A DNA stretch of 64,000 bases from an uncultured delta proteobacterium (lineage in GTDB: Bacteria; Bdellovibrionota; FAC87; UBA2466): the NCBI GenBank assembly GCA_963778115.1, contig CAVZSV010000004.1, positions 640,001 through 704,000 on the forward strand. Direction: 5' to 3'. Below the pieces are notes generated by a model. That model did not search any database, was not told the DNA's origin, and was given only the letters and a program-made list of their open reading frames with translations. This document shows, piece after piece, positions 25,872-35,725 of the stretch (within the stretch, counting starts at the first letter, position 1; each line of letters begins with the position of its first letter). A program made the translations under genes and the position numbers.

Positions 25872-26651
25872 TCAGTTTTGATCCGCCCGATAGAATCGTT
25901 CTTCCGGCGGGGCGTACCACTCAGCTAAACTTGCGGGCACTCTGGAATAGTAGCCCAAGATCTGTTTGAGAGTCTCCGAAAAGGTCGCCACTTTCGCCTC
26001 TCCGAAGGCCCTAAGATAATCGAACTGAGGCTTGATGAAAGGTCTCGTGAAGGTCAATGTTAGCGCTCGCCTGGGAAAATCGGTTTCATTTCGTCCCGCC
26101 GAATGCCAAAGATTAGAATCGAATAAAACGACACTTCCCTTCCTGCCGCAGGCTCTCTCGGCGTTAGCAAAAAAGAAAGCGTCATCGGGTTTTTCCGGTT
26201 GAAGATGGGAGCCACTAAGCAGATAGGTTGCCCCATTGGCTTCGGTAAAATCATCTAATAGGATCATCATATTGATCATCAACTTATAATCGCCGGTAAA
26301 ATTTTTCACGTCTCGATGGACATTCAGCAGATAGGATTTCGCGTTGCGTTCATTCCAAACGCCACCAAAAGAATTCAAGATGAAATTGCCTTGCAGGAAA
26401 TCTCGCATCACTTCAAAGAGCGGACCTGTTTGCAGAAACTCCATAAAAACCGGGTCGGATCCCAGTAGGTGGTGAGCCGCCCCGTCCGCATTTTTTAACC
26501 CTTTTTGCGTGATGACTTTTCGGCTTTCTCGCAGGCCTACCTCTAACCCCGCGGTGAGAGAAGCCACAAGAGGCGCGGCAATCACCTGGTCGAAAAGATA
26601 CCAACCTCGCTTACCTATCTGCGCCTGAAAAGTGTCGAATATTGAGGGCAT
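25872..26651 (-). CDS. Phytanoyl-CoA dioxygenase family Fe(II)/2OG oxygenase
   Basis: VHRD, LDDFTEANGAT..SGSH, WHSAGRN..RRAL. Confidence 0.88.
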   Translation of the reverse strand: MPSIFDTFQAQIGKRGWYLFDQVIAAPLVASLTAGLEVGLRESRKVITQKGLKNADGAAHHLLGSDPVFMEFLQTGPLFEVMRDFLQGNFILNSFGGVWNERNAKSYLLNVHRDVKNFTGDYKLMINMMILLDDFTEANGATYLLSGSHLQPEKPDDAFFFANAERACGRKGSVVLFDSNLWHSAGRNETDFPRRALTLTFTRPFIKPQFDYLRAFGEAKVATFSETLKQILGYYSRVPASLAEWYAPPEERFYRADQN

Positions 26652-26844
26652 AAGTGAGTTCTGCTTGACTCCTGGATAGGGAACCTATACATCAGCCACT
26701 GGTGAATGGCAAAAAAAACGTGCCTGTGTTCGTGGCCGTACTACTTGTACTACTGATGGCCTCTCCCCTGTTTTCGCATCCTTGTTTTCGCATCCTTATG
26801 CTTAGGCACCCCTACTTAAACAAATTTTTCCTCTCTTAGTGGGT

Positions 26845-28017
26845 ATGGAAACTAACGAAACCAATTCTGACGTTTTAGGCCCCCAAAAAAACTTTCCTGC
26901 GTTCTCGGATGAAACTGAAACCCATGCTCCTCTCAACGTGACCAAGACCTATTTTCCGCCGCTCGACGAATATACGGCGTTCTTAAACCAGATCTGGGAA
27001 AGCGGTTGGGCTACGAATCACGGTAAATTAGCACTTCGGTTGGAGGACTCTTTAAAAAGATACCTTCAAGTGCCGCACTTGCGATTCTTGGCTAACGGAA
27101 CGATTGCGCTTCAAATAGCGATCAAGGCTCTCGAACTCGACGCCGAAGTGATCACTACCCCGTTTTCCTATGTGGCAACCACTTCAAGTCTGGTATGGGA
27201 GGGATGTCAGCCCGTTTTCGTCGATATCGAGCCCGACACGCTCACGATCGATCCTAATAGAGTAGAATCCGCCATCACTTCAAAGACTAAGGCTATTGTT
27301 GCCACCCATGTTTACGGCAACCCGTGCGACGTGGAAGCCCTTCATTACTTGGCAAAAAAACATGGGTTAAAAATCATTTACGATGCGGCCCACGCTTTTG
27401 GAGTCCGCTATCGGGGAACTTCGCTTTTAAATTTTGGGGATATCTCGACGATTAGCTTCCATGCGACAAAGTTGTTTCATACCGTGGAAGGAGGAGCTGT
27501 CGTTACGCAAGAGGCTTCCCTCGATCATAAAATGTGGTACCTCTCAAACTTCGGGCACAACGGTCCGGAAGCCTTTCACGGAGTGGGAATCAACGGGAAA
27601 AATTCAGAGTTTCACGCCGCCATGGGGTTGTGTGTTCTTCCTAGAGTGAATGGTTTCATTGAGCATCGCAAAGAAATCTGTGATCGTTATGACTCTTTCT
27701 TATTGAACGCTGAGGTGGGAATCTCGCGCCCGTTAATCAGAAAAGATACTCAATACAACTTTGCTTACTATCCTATTGTCTGTCCAGCAGACTCGCTGCT
27801 TCGCGTGCAACAGGCCCTTTTGTCCGAAGGAATTCGGGCGCGCCGTTATTTCTATCCGGCCCTCAATCAGCTCAATTACGTAGTTTCGCAACAAACTCCC
27901 GTCGCAACAGATATCTCGGAACGTGTACTGTGCCTTCCTCTGGCCTTCGACACTTCCCATGAGCAGGTATTGAGAGTCTGCGAAGTGATCCTTTCCGTTT
28001 TGAGAAAGAGCTCCTAA
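26845..28017 (+). CDS. DegT/DnrJ/EryC1/StrS aminotransferase (VioA-like)
   Basis: NGTIAL, TTPFSYVAT, YDAAHAFG, SFHATKLFHTVEGG. Confidence 0.92.
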   Translation: METNETNSDVLGPQKNFPAFSDETETHAPLNVTKTYFPPLDEYTAFLNQIWESGWATNHGKLALRLEDSLKRYLQVPHLRFLANGTIALQIAIKALELDAEVITTPFSYVATTSSLVWEGCQPVFVDIEPDTLTIDPNRVESAITSKTKAIVATHVYGNPCDVEALHYLAKKHGLKIIYDAAHAFGVRYRGTSLLNFGDISTISFHATKLFHTVEGGAVVTQEASLDHKMWYLSNFGHNGPEAFHGVGINGKNSEFHAAMGLCVLPRVNGFIEHRKEICDRYDSFLLNAEVGISRPLIRKDTQYNFAYYPIVCPADSLLRVQQALLSEGIRARRYFYPALNQLNYVVSQQTPVATDISERVLCLPLAFDTSHEQVLRVCEVILSVLRKSS

Positions 28018-28719
28018 ATGCGACTTGCTTTGATGCAACCTTACCTATTCCCCTACATTGGCTATTTCCAATTGATGGCCGCTGTCGACAAGTTCGTCTG
28101 TTATGACGACGTAAATTTCATTAAGCAAGGTTGGATCAACCGCAATCGCCTATTATGTCAGGACAAGGCTCAATTTTTTTCCGTCCCCATACGCGATCGG
28201 AGTTCGTTCCGGCCAATTAATCAAACAGAGATAGCCACTGAACCCGGGGACTGGCCCACGGCGATGGTAAAACGCTTTGAGAGCTGTTATCGCAAAGCTC
28301 CCCATTTCTCGAGCGTCTTTCCCATTCTGGAAGAAGTCTTTACTTCTCCTCCACGGCTTATTTCCGAATTAGCCATTCGAAGTATAAAAGTCGTCCAAAA
28401 GCATTTAGGAATCTCAACTTCCTTCGTAGAGACGTCGGCTGGTTACGAAAATTCGCACTTACGAGGGCAAGAAAGGGTGCTGTCAATTTGTCTCAGAGAA
28501 AAAGCGACGATCTATATCAATCCTCCCGGCGGGAAAGAGCTTTATTCTCCGCAAGCCTTTGCCGAGCATGATATTGCGTTTAAACTCATTCAAACCCGGC
28601 CCATCGGTTATCCTCAGTTTACCGATGGTTTCCAAAGCAATCTTTCTATCGTGGATGTAATGATGTTTAACTCTGTGGATAGGGTCCGGGAGTATCTCAA
28701 AGAGTACGATCTGATATGA
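28018..28719 (+). CDS. wbqC: WbqC family protein
   Basis: MQPYLFPYIGYFQL, GWINRNR, YINPPGG, LSIVDVMMFN. Confidence 0.9.
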   Translation: MRLALMQPYLFPYIGYFQLMAAVDKFVCYDDVNFIKQGWINRNRLLCQDKAQFFSVPIRDRSSFRPINQTEIATEPGDWPTAMVKRFESCYRKAPHFSSVFPILEEVFTSPPRLISELAIRSIKVVQKHLGISTSFVETSAGYENSHLRGQERVLSICLREKATIYINPPGGKELYSPQAFAEHDIAFKLIQTRPIGYPQFTDGFQSNLSIVDVMMFNSVDRVREYLKEYDLI

Positions 28720-29678
28720 AAACGGGAATCGGAGGATATTTCGAATTAGAAAGCCATCTGCTCGAAGCGGGCAAGCCGATGCATTCTCAGGCTTTGGCAC
28801 TCACCAGCGGGAGAGCTTGCCTCGCTCGTTATTTGGCGCACACTCGGCCCTCGAAATTATGGATTCCTTACTATTGCTGTGATGCTATTTTGCAGCCCCT
28901 CATCGAGACAAAAACTCCTTTTTCGTTTTACGAAATAGATCGTAATCTAGAACCGATTACGCTCCCCTTGCTCGGTCAAGAAGAGGCTATTCTTTACATT
29001 AATTATTTTGGGATAAAAGAGGAATATTCCCTCTCTTTACTGGAACAATTTCGCGAGAGGCTTATTATCGATAATACACAGGCTTTTTTTGTTGAGATGC
29101 GCCAAAAAGGCTGGGCGTTCAACTCCGCACGAAAATTCTTTGGTGTCCCCGATGGCGCTTACCTCTATTCTCCGGAGCCGTTGAAGCCGCCATCCGTCGT
29201 TAATCATTTGGTTCACATGGAGCATCTACTCAGCCGATTACAAGGCGATCGGCAAAAGGGTTACGAACAGTTCCTCAAAGCTGAAAACGAAGTTTCTTCG
29301 GAAAATAGGGGCATGTCACTCCAAAGTAGTCGATTGCTTAGCGGCGTGGATTACCCAAGGGTCGCCCAGAGCCGACTAAGAAATTATGCGCATTATCAAC
29401 AAGCTTTGGACTCCGTAAATCAGCTTCGCTTTCCTCCTCTGCGTGCTGGCTCGATTCCCTTCTGCTATCCCCTGCTCCTAGATCATCAGATCAACCGGGA
29501 ACCGCTTTATCAGCAAGAGATCTTCATCCCTACTTTGTGGAAAGAGTGTTTGGATCGAGACGTTTCTGGTTTTTCCTGGGAGAAAGAGTTAACTAGACGG
29601 TTGTTGCCCCTTCCTTTAGATCACCGTTATAGCGAGAACGATTGCGATAGAGTGGTAGAAGCAGTGACGGCTTTATGA
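28716..29678 (+). CDS. Divergent DegT-like PLP-fold protein
   Basis: GIGGYFELE, INYFG, IDNTQAFF, SARKFFGVPDG, LPLDHRY. Confidence 0.75.
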   Translation: MKTGIGGYFELESHLLEAGKPMHSQALALTSGRACLARYLAHTRPSKLWIPYYCCDAILQPLIETKTPFSFYEIDRNLEPITLPLLGQEEAILYINYFGIKEEYSLSLLEQFRERLIIDNTQAFFVEMRQKGWAFNSARKFFGVPDGAYLYSPEPLKPPSVVNHLVHMEHLLSRLQGDRQKGYEQFLKAENEVSSENRGMSLQSSRLLSGVDYPRVAQSRLRNYAHYQQALDSVNQLRFPPLRAGSIPFCYPLLLDHQINREPLYQQEIFIPTLWKECLDRDVSGFSWEKELTRRLLPLPLDHRYSENDCDRVVEAVTAL

Positions 29679-30118
29679 ACACAAAATCCCTTCATTTACG
29701 ATCGGTGGAAGAGAAACACTTCGCGCAAGCAGGCCTTCGGCCTGAAGCTTTAGCCTCTAACCTTAACGGCCAGCTATTTGCTATCGTTTCCGAAGGGGAT
29801 GTCGCTTTAGGTTTCTGCGCTTTGAACGACCTAAACTGGAAGGATAGAAACGCTCGAGTCGCCCTTGTGTTCTCGACTTCCCACGCCAATAAGTTTTCTA
29901 AAGAGGCGCTAACGATCCTAAGCCGGTACGCTTTCGAGGAACTCAACTTACATAGCCTCTATGCAATGATCGACGAAAGAGAGCTCGCCACAGTGTCTGC
30001 TTTGAAAGCCTGCCACTACCGAGAGGTGGGGCGACTGGTTAAATCACTTTGCCATGCAGAAGACTATTTCGACAAAGTGGTCTTTAACCTATTGAAGGAG
30101 GAAGCTTCGTGGTCATAA
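29675..30118 (+). CDS. GNAT acetyltransferase (RimJ/RimL-like)
   Basis: LNWKDRNA, YAFEELNLHSL. Confidence 0.75.
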   Translation: MNTKSLHLRSVEEKHFAQAGLRPEALASNLNGQLFAIVSEGDVALGFCALNDLNWKDRNARVALVFSTSHANKFSKEALTILSRYAFEELNLHSLYAMIDERELATVSALKACHYREVGRLVKSLCHAEDYFDKVVFNLLKEEASWS

Positions 30119-30624
30119 AGGGAGGCCAAATCCTTCTGCGCGAGATCAAAGAATCGGACCTGGAGCTTTTGCATTTGTGGGCAAACGATGAGCAACTCTG
30201 GTCGTTGCTCGACGGATGGCATTTCCCCTATTCCAAGGCCTCCACCCAGCATTGGTTTGAGTCGCTAGATTATGAATCTTCCCATCGAGTATTTGGGATC
30301 GAAGTGCCCAAGATTGGTCTTATCGGAACCGCTAACCTCGTTCAAATAGACCCCGTTAATAAAAGTGCTTTCCATGGAATGATGATTGGCTCTTCGGAGC
30401 AAAGAGGAAAGGGTTTCGGACAAGACACCATTCGTACCGTCGTTCGGTATGCTTTTGAATCGCTAAGGCTTAAACGCCTAGAGACCTCTATCATCGAATA
30501 TAACGAGGCTAGCCTTCGCACTTATCTCACTAAGTGCGGATGGAAAGAAGAAGCTAGACTTCGGCAGTTTTATTTTAGGAAGAACCGCTATTGGGATAAA
30601 ATCCTGATTGCCACTAGCGGTTAG
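30109..30624 (+). CDS. GNAT acetyltransferase (RimJ/RimL-like)
   Basis: QRGKGFGQD, YAFESLRLKRL, NEAS. Confidence 0.85.
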   Translation: MVIKGGQILLREIKESDLELLHLWANDEQLWSLLDGWHFPYSKASTQHWFESLDYESSHRVFGIEVPKIGLIGTANLVQIDPVNKSAFHGMMIGSSEQRGKGFGQDTIRTVVRYAFESLRLKRLETSIIEYNEASLRTYLTKCGWKEEARLRQFYFRKNRYWDKILIATSG

Positions 30625-32417
30625 ATATCTTTGACCACTTCATAGAGCGTACTGGTGGGAGTTAAACCACAGGCTTCAAAGTTATCCTTTGGGAACGATT
30701 GCCTATCATGGACACGGACGGAAAATCCGGCTCCTGAAAGCCTGTCGACGAATCCTTGGCGATTATACAATCGAATGTGATCGTTTTGGCCGTACCAACG
30801 CCATCTCTGTTCGTCAGTTTCAGCTTTCAGTCCCTCTCGGATCTCTGTTAACCTAGTAGAGATGGGGACCAGCACAATCCCCCATCCCCCGGGTTTTAGA
30901 ATGCGGTGAAGTTCCTGCATCGCAAGTCGGTCGTCTTGCACATGCTCCAAGACATGAGAACAGATGAAGCTATCAAATGTCGAATCGGGCAAAGGCATTT
31001 TGGTAATATCAAGACGGTAGTCGACATTGGGCATGAACAGATCAGCGGTCTGATACTTAAGAGCCGGATAGGGTTTAAACATTGCCGAAAGAGACGCCGA
31101 AGGCGCAAAATCGATCAAAGAAAAGTTGTTTTTTATTCCTTCTAATTTTTGTCTCAGAAGGAGCGCAATCAATCTATCACGGTCCGAAGCCCCGCACAGC
31201 GGACAATGGTAGGCCTTAGCATTGAGCGTTTCCCATTCGCTAGTCATGTGATCAAATCCAAACTTTCGCGCCGTTTCTTCGTAGAAAGCAGGAAGTGGAT
31301 CATATTTAGGCACCACTCGATTGCAAACCGAACACAGCCCCGGCTTTCCTAGGAGAGAGGTCTTTACTAGCCGGGCGCTCTTTACCGAAATCTTGCCCAT
31401 CGCCATTAGTGGTGTTTTGACTCGAAAACGACTCGCCAGCTCGTCTACTTTCGTCGAAACGCGCCATTTCTTACTTCGATACACCCTCTCCAATTCCGCT
31501 TGGGTCTGCAGCAATTCATGGCGCAGGGATTGAACGACATCTATCGCTATTTGGGGGACATCAACACTGGAATTATTAAAAATTTTCTTTTCCGCTTCCG
31601 ATTTAGCATCCATGTCCACGAGGCGATTGATGAGACCATACGCATGGCCCATGATTATCTTGCGATGAGCTGGATCATCGCCAAAAAGAGAAATGAGTTC
31701 GGTAAGCATTCTAAGCATGCCTATGCCGTGTTTCTGGAATAGAATTTCCTCACTGTGGATGGCACTCCACCACACGCTCAAGGCATGACGTCGATAGGCC
31801 GACAGCACTTGATTGATAAAACCAATTTCGCCCGCTTTCGCGTGAAATAAATGAAGATACCAATCTCCGGGAATCATCGCGGAGGTGGGAAATTTTTCGT
31901 AGTCCTGTCTTCGGTACATGACCGAACTCGTTTGCATAAAATTCCACTTCAAAAGTTCCTCGGTATTGAAAGTGGGATTGGACTTCAAATCAGGATAGAT
32001 GGAATCGGCCTGCTCGGCATTTTCAAAAAAGATCCGCGTCAGATTAAAACACAAGGTGTGATGGGGATGCCTATCTAAAAAATCGGCCTGCAGTTGCAAC
32101 TTATTTACATCGGTAAAAAAATCGTCGCCCTCACAGAGCGCTATATAATCACTCTTTGCTCTAAGTAAGAGATCTCTGAAATTCGCCCCGCCTCCCCAAT
32201 TTTTCTCGCGATAAATCGGTTTAATGATTTGGGGGTATTTCGAAGCGAATTCCCTTAGGATGTCTGCGTTTCCATCGGTTGAGCAGTCGTCTCCCACGAT
32301 AACGTCAAATGCAAAATCGGTTTTTTGCGTCACTAAGGACTCAAGACACTGCCTAAGGTATTTCTCGTGATTATAGGTAACACACAGAACGGTTACTTTT
32401 GGCGTGGGGACCGGCAC
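30621..32417 (-). CDS. GT2 glycosyltransferase fused to a C-terminal SAM methyltransferase
   Basis: TYNHEKY, GDDCSTD, CEGDDF; C-terminal CPLCGASDRDR, DFAP, CSHVLEHV, ILKPGG. Confidence 0.88.
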   Translation of the reverse strand: MPVPTPKVTVLCVTYNHEKYLRQCLESLVTQKTDFAFDVIVGDDCSTDGNADILREFASKYPQIIKPIYREKNWGGGANFRDLLLRAKSDYIALCEGDDFFTDVNKLQLQADFLDRHPHHTLCFNLTRIFFENAEQADSIYPDLKSNPTFNTEELLKWNFMQTSSVMYRRQDYEKFPTSAMIPGDWYLHLFHAKAGEIGFINQVLSAYRRHALSVWWSAIHSEEILFQKHGIGMLRMLTELISLFGDDPAHRKIIMGHAYGLINRLVDMDAKSEAEKKIFNNSSVDVPQIAIDVVQSLRHELLQTQAELERVYRSKKWRVSTKVDELASRFRVKTPLMAMGKISVKSARLVKTSLLGKPGLCSVCNRVVPKYDPLPAFYEETARKFGFDHMTSEWETLNAKAYHCPLCGASDRDRLIALLLRQKLEGIKNNFSLIDFAPSASLSAMFKPYPALKYQTADLFMPNVDYRLDITKMPLPDSTFDSFICSHVLEHVQDDRLAMQELHRILKPGGWGIVLVPISTRLTEIREGLKAETDEQRWRWYGQNDHIRLYNRQGFVDRLSGAGFSVRVHDRQSFPKDNFEACGLTPTSTLYEVVKDI

Positions 32418-32475
32418 CCCCTAGCAATAGGATTTTTTCCATCTATTTTCAAGCCCTACTCTGTGGAGTAGCGGG

Positions 32476-34830
32476 TTATATGGGTTCGGCACAGTCTAAA
32501 GGTAGAATAAACTGAAAATTCGAGCCTTCTCCGAACTTTGACTCCACCCAAATGCGGCCGCCCACCCCTTCTACTATCTTCTTACAGATGGCAAGCCCAA
32601 TGCCGGTTCCTGGATATTGCCCCTTGAGGTGGAGCCTTTGAAACATTTGAAACACCCGGTACCGGTACTCTTCGCCAATTCCAATGCCATTATCGCGAAC
32701 CGAGAACAGCCATCCTTCGCTCTCTTTTCGAGCGCTAATCTCCACGACTAACTTGCGATTCTTATCGCGGTATTTAATGGCATTGCCGATGAGATTTTGA
32801 AAGAGTTGAGTGGCTTCTGCCCTCACCATGCGAAGGGTGGGCATCGCTCCCACATGAATTTCCGCTTGGCTCTCTTTGATCGAAACTTGCAAGTCTTGTA
32901 GTACCGGCGTCAAGATGGTTCCCGAATCCATCGGCTCAGGCGACATTCCGGTTCGGCCTACACGAGAATAGTCGAGCAAGTCATTAATGAGAGACCTCAT
33001 TCGTTTAGCCCCGTCCGTCACAAATTCCATAAACTGCAATGTGTCTTTATCCAGGGAACCGGCCAAACGTTTTTCAATGAGCTGGACATAAGAGGAGATC
33101 ATCCGCAAAGGCTCTTGTAGATCGTGAGAAGCCACGTAAGCAAACTGTTCAAGTTCGGAATTTGAACGTGAGAGTTGATGGGAAATTCTTTTACGTTCTA
33201 GCAATTCCTGCTCCACGGTAATCGATTGCCCTGACACCGCAAGCAGAAAACATACGAGCAGTCCGCTCATCATAAGCTCGGAGCATAAGATCATCCAGGG
33301 GCCATAATCTCTTTGCCTGGACCAATACACATCTGTCGGCGCCACCTTCAACCAATAGGTACGGTCCGCAAGTTTTACGGTGGTCTCCCACGTGGACATC
33401 GATGTCGAGTGCCCCTTTTCTTCTATGTTCCGATCCTTTTTTGAAGGAAGCTCGAACTGGCTATAAAGAGGATTTTCATGAGGAGAGGTCTCGTCGTAAA
33501 TCGCTAGTTTCACGTAAGTACCCAAAAGCCCCATCGTGGAGGCCTCAATGACATCGGGCATACGAAAAACCGCTTTGACAAATCCTTTCAGATTTTTTCG
33601 GCGCTCTTCTAAAGTATCGCGCGCACCGTGATAGATCGGAAGAAAGACCAAGATTGCCGAATGGCTGGGAATAATTTGAAGCAATCGCGTGGGAGCTGTC
33701 GCTGTGGGATTTCCCGAATCCCTAGCCTGTTCCATCGCCTTATAGCGAACGGGACTTGAGACGTGATCGAATCCCAATACGTTTTCATTCACTCGGTAGG
33801 GCTCGACGAAATAGGAGGGAAAGTATTCGGGACGATAAGGAGCGTCAATTAGCGTTCCCTCAGCCGAAAGCTCCCGTAAAACGAAAGGCATGCCGTTTTT
33901 TCGTGCAGCTTTTTCAAACTCGGCCCGCTTTTCGTAGGGGACCCTGGGAATCCACGAAAAATCATAAATTCCGGAATAAAGCGACAACCATCTTTTAGCT
34001 GCTCGCCTAAACGCCGCAAGATCACCGAGCGGAGCATCGACCATGACGTTTTCCAACCCGTACAGAGAGTCGAGATAACCTTCAAAATTATTTTGAACCT
34101 GTCGAGCCGCGTTGTCGGCCAACCTCTCAAACTCCGCCGCTATCCCTTTGCGCTCCCACGCCGCCGCCTGAAGAAAAATGACGGTACTTAGAGCTAGCGC
34201 AACACTTAAAGGGAGCGCCACTGAGTACCTTCTTTTCGACCACAAACCGCGGGGTTTGGCAAAGAAGGTAAGTAATATGGGAACGAATACCAAAATCCCT
34301 AAGGAGTCACCGACCCACCAGTTCCACCAGCTATAGAGGTAAGCACTGGGGGAAATAACGTTTAGAAGAAGCAGGCTGGTCACGGAAAGTGTCGAGTTAA
34401 CAAGACTGGATAATAATCCTGCTAGAAGAACGAACCTTAAAATATCCGCAGAACGGACTAGAGCCAATGGTTGGGAAACGTACCGCTTGATAAGCCCGTT
34501 ACCGAGCAGCGCTTGAAGGGCAGCCCCGCACCCAATGGCAGCCGCAAGCGCAACGGCTAGCGCGTACGAGACGCCGGGGACATGAAATGCCGAGGTCCAC
34601 CAGTTAAGGAGAAAGGAGCCCAGCCAAACCCCCACCCAATACTGCCTTCCCCAGAGTAAGAGCGCTGCTAAGCCGATACCCGCCGGAGGAAACACGGGAG
34701 AGGCGTAACCGGGAGGAATGGCCAACATGAGGCTTAGCTTTCCTGTCAAAGCATAGGCGCCCGCAAGTAGGGCGACTCTAACTAGAGTTAGCCCACTTCG
34801 CCTCGACAAGATTTCTCTTCTCTTTTTCAC
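32476..34830 (-). CDS. MASE1-CHASE sensor histidine kinase
   Basis: SPVFPPAG, WWVGDSLG, NVLGFD, ASHDLQEPLR, NLIGNAIKY, GTGIGL. Confidence 0.92.
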   Translation of the reverse strand: MKKRREILSRRSGLTLVRVALLAGAYALTGKLSLMLAIPPGYASPVFPPAGIGLAALLLWGRQYWVGVWLGSFLLNWWTSAFHVPGVSYALAVALAAAIGCGAALQALLGNGLIKRYVSQPLALVRSADILRFVLLAGLLSSLVNSTLSVTSLLLLNVISPSAYLYSWWNWWVGDSLGILVFVPILLTFFAKPRGLWSKRRYSVALPLSVALALSTVIFLQAAAWERKGIAAEFERLADNAARQVQNNFEGYLDSLYGLENVMVDAPLGDLAAFRRAAKRWLSLYSGIYDFSWIPRVPYEKRAEFEKAARKNGMPFVLRELSAEGTLIDAPYRPEYFPSYFVEPYRVNENVLGFDHVSSPVRYKAMEQARDSGNPTATAPTRLLQIIPSHSAILVFLPIYHGARDTLEERRKNLKGFVKAVFRMPDVIEASTMGLLGTYVKLAIYDETSPHENPLYSQFELPSKKDRNIEEKGHSTSMSTWETTVKLADRTYWLKVAPTDVYWSRQRDYGPWMILCSELMMSGLLVCFLLAVSGQSITVEQELLERKRISHQLSRSNSELEQFAYVASHDLQEPLRMISSYVQLIEKRLAGSLDKDTLQFMEFVTDGAKRMRSLINDLLDYSRVGRTGMSPEPMDSGTILTPVLQDLQVSIKESQAEIHVGAMPTLRMVRAEATQLFQNLIGNAIKYRDKNRKLVVEISARKESEGWLFSVRDNGIGIGEEYRYRVFQMFQRLHLKGQYPGTGIGLAICKKIVEGVGGRIWVESKFGEGSNFQFILPLDCAEPI

Positions 34831-35026
34831 CTGGTTCTCTGGGTCAATTTACAATAATTTTTTAGGAATAGCTCGGACAAATAGGGCAAGAGCGCAGTCA
34901 AAATAGCATTAGGATTTCGATAACTAACGTTGAGACACCCTCGTCGCTATCTATACCCAGGGTACCCATTTTTCTGTTAAGAACCCATATGATACGCTTG
35001 TTCCCAACCTCAAGGGAGAGACCGCA

Positions 35027-35725
35027 ATGGAAATGAAAAGACAGATCGTAACCATGGGAGGCGGCGGCTTTTCGATGGAGCCGGACAATCCTAAACTTGA
35101 CCATTTTTTCTTCGGTTTATCGAATAAGCCTAAGCCAAAGGTCTGTTTCGTCCCGACCGCTAGTGGAGATTCCCAAGATTATATTGATCGGTTCTACATG
35201 GCGATGAAAGGGCACGAGGTCGAGCCTTCGCACTTGTCGCTATTTAACGGTCCCACGGGCTCACTTAGAGATTTTGTCATGGAAAAAGATGTCATCTACG
35301 TGGGTGGAGGAAATACCAGAAACCTTCTAGTCCTTTGGAAAGAGTGGGAACTCGATAAAATATTTTGGGAGGCGTACCAGAAAGGAGTGGTACTGGGAGG
35401 AATCAGCGCCGGTTCCCTTTGCTGGTACAGCGAAGGAGTAACCGACTCCATCCCCGGAACTCTCTCTGCTCTAAAATGCCTCGGATATTTGAAAGAGAGC
35501 CATTCTCCCCATTATGATGGAGAGACAGAAAGACGACCTTCCTATCAACGACTCCTGGCGCAGGGGATGAAACCGGGATTTGCCTGCGACGATGGAGTGG
35601 CTGGGTACTTCGCGAACGAAGAGCTGGTGGAGTTTGTATCCTCGAGACCTAGCGCTCTAGCCTACCGACTGCACGTTCAAAACTCCAAAGTGATCGAAGA
35701 GCCTATCACTCCCCGTCGTCTTTAA
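35027..35725 (+). CDS. Peptidase E (S51 family)
   Basis: PTASGD, YVGGGNT, GISAG, PHYD. Confidence 0.9.
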   Translation: MEMKRQIVTMGGGGFSMEPDNPKLDHFFFGLSNKPKPKVCFVPTASGDSQDYIDRFYMAMKGHEVEPSHLSLFNGPTGSLRDFVMEKDVIYVGGGNTRNLLVLWKEWELDKIFWEAYQKGVVLGGISAGSLCWYSEGVTDSIPGTLSALKCLGYLKESHSPHYDGETERRPSYQRLLAQGMKPGFACDDGVAGYFANEELVEFVSSRPSALAYRLHVQNSKVIEEPITPRRL

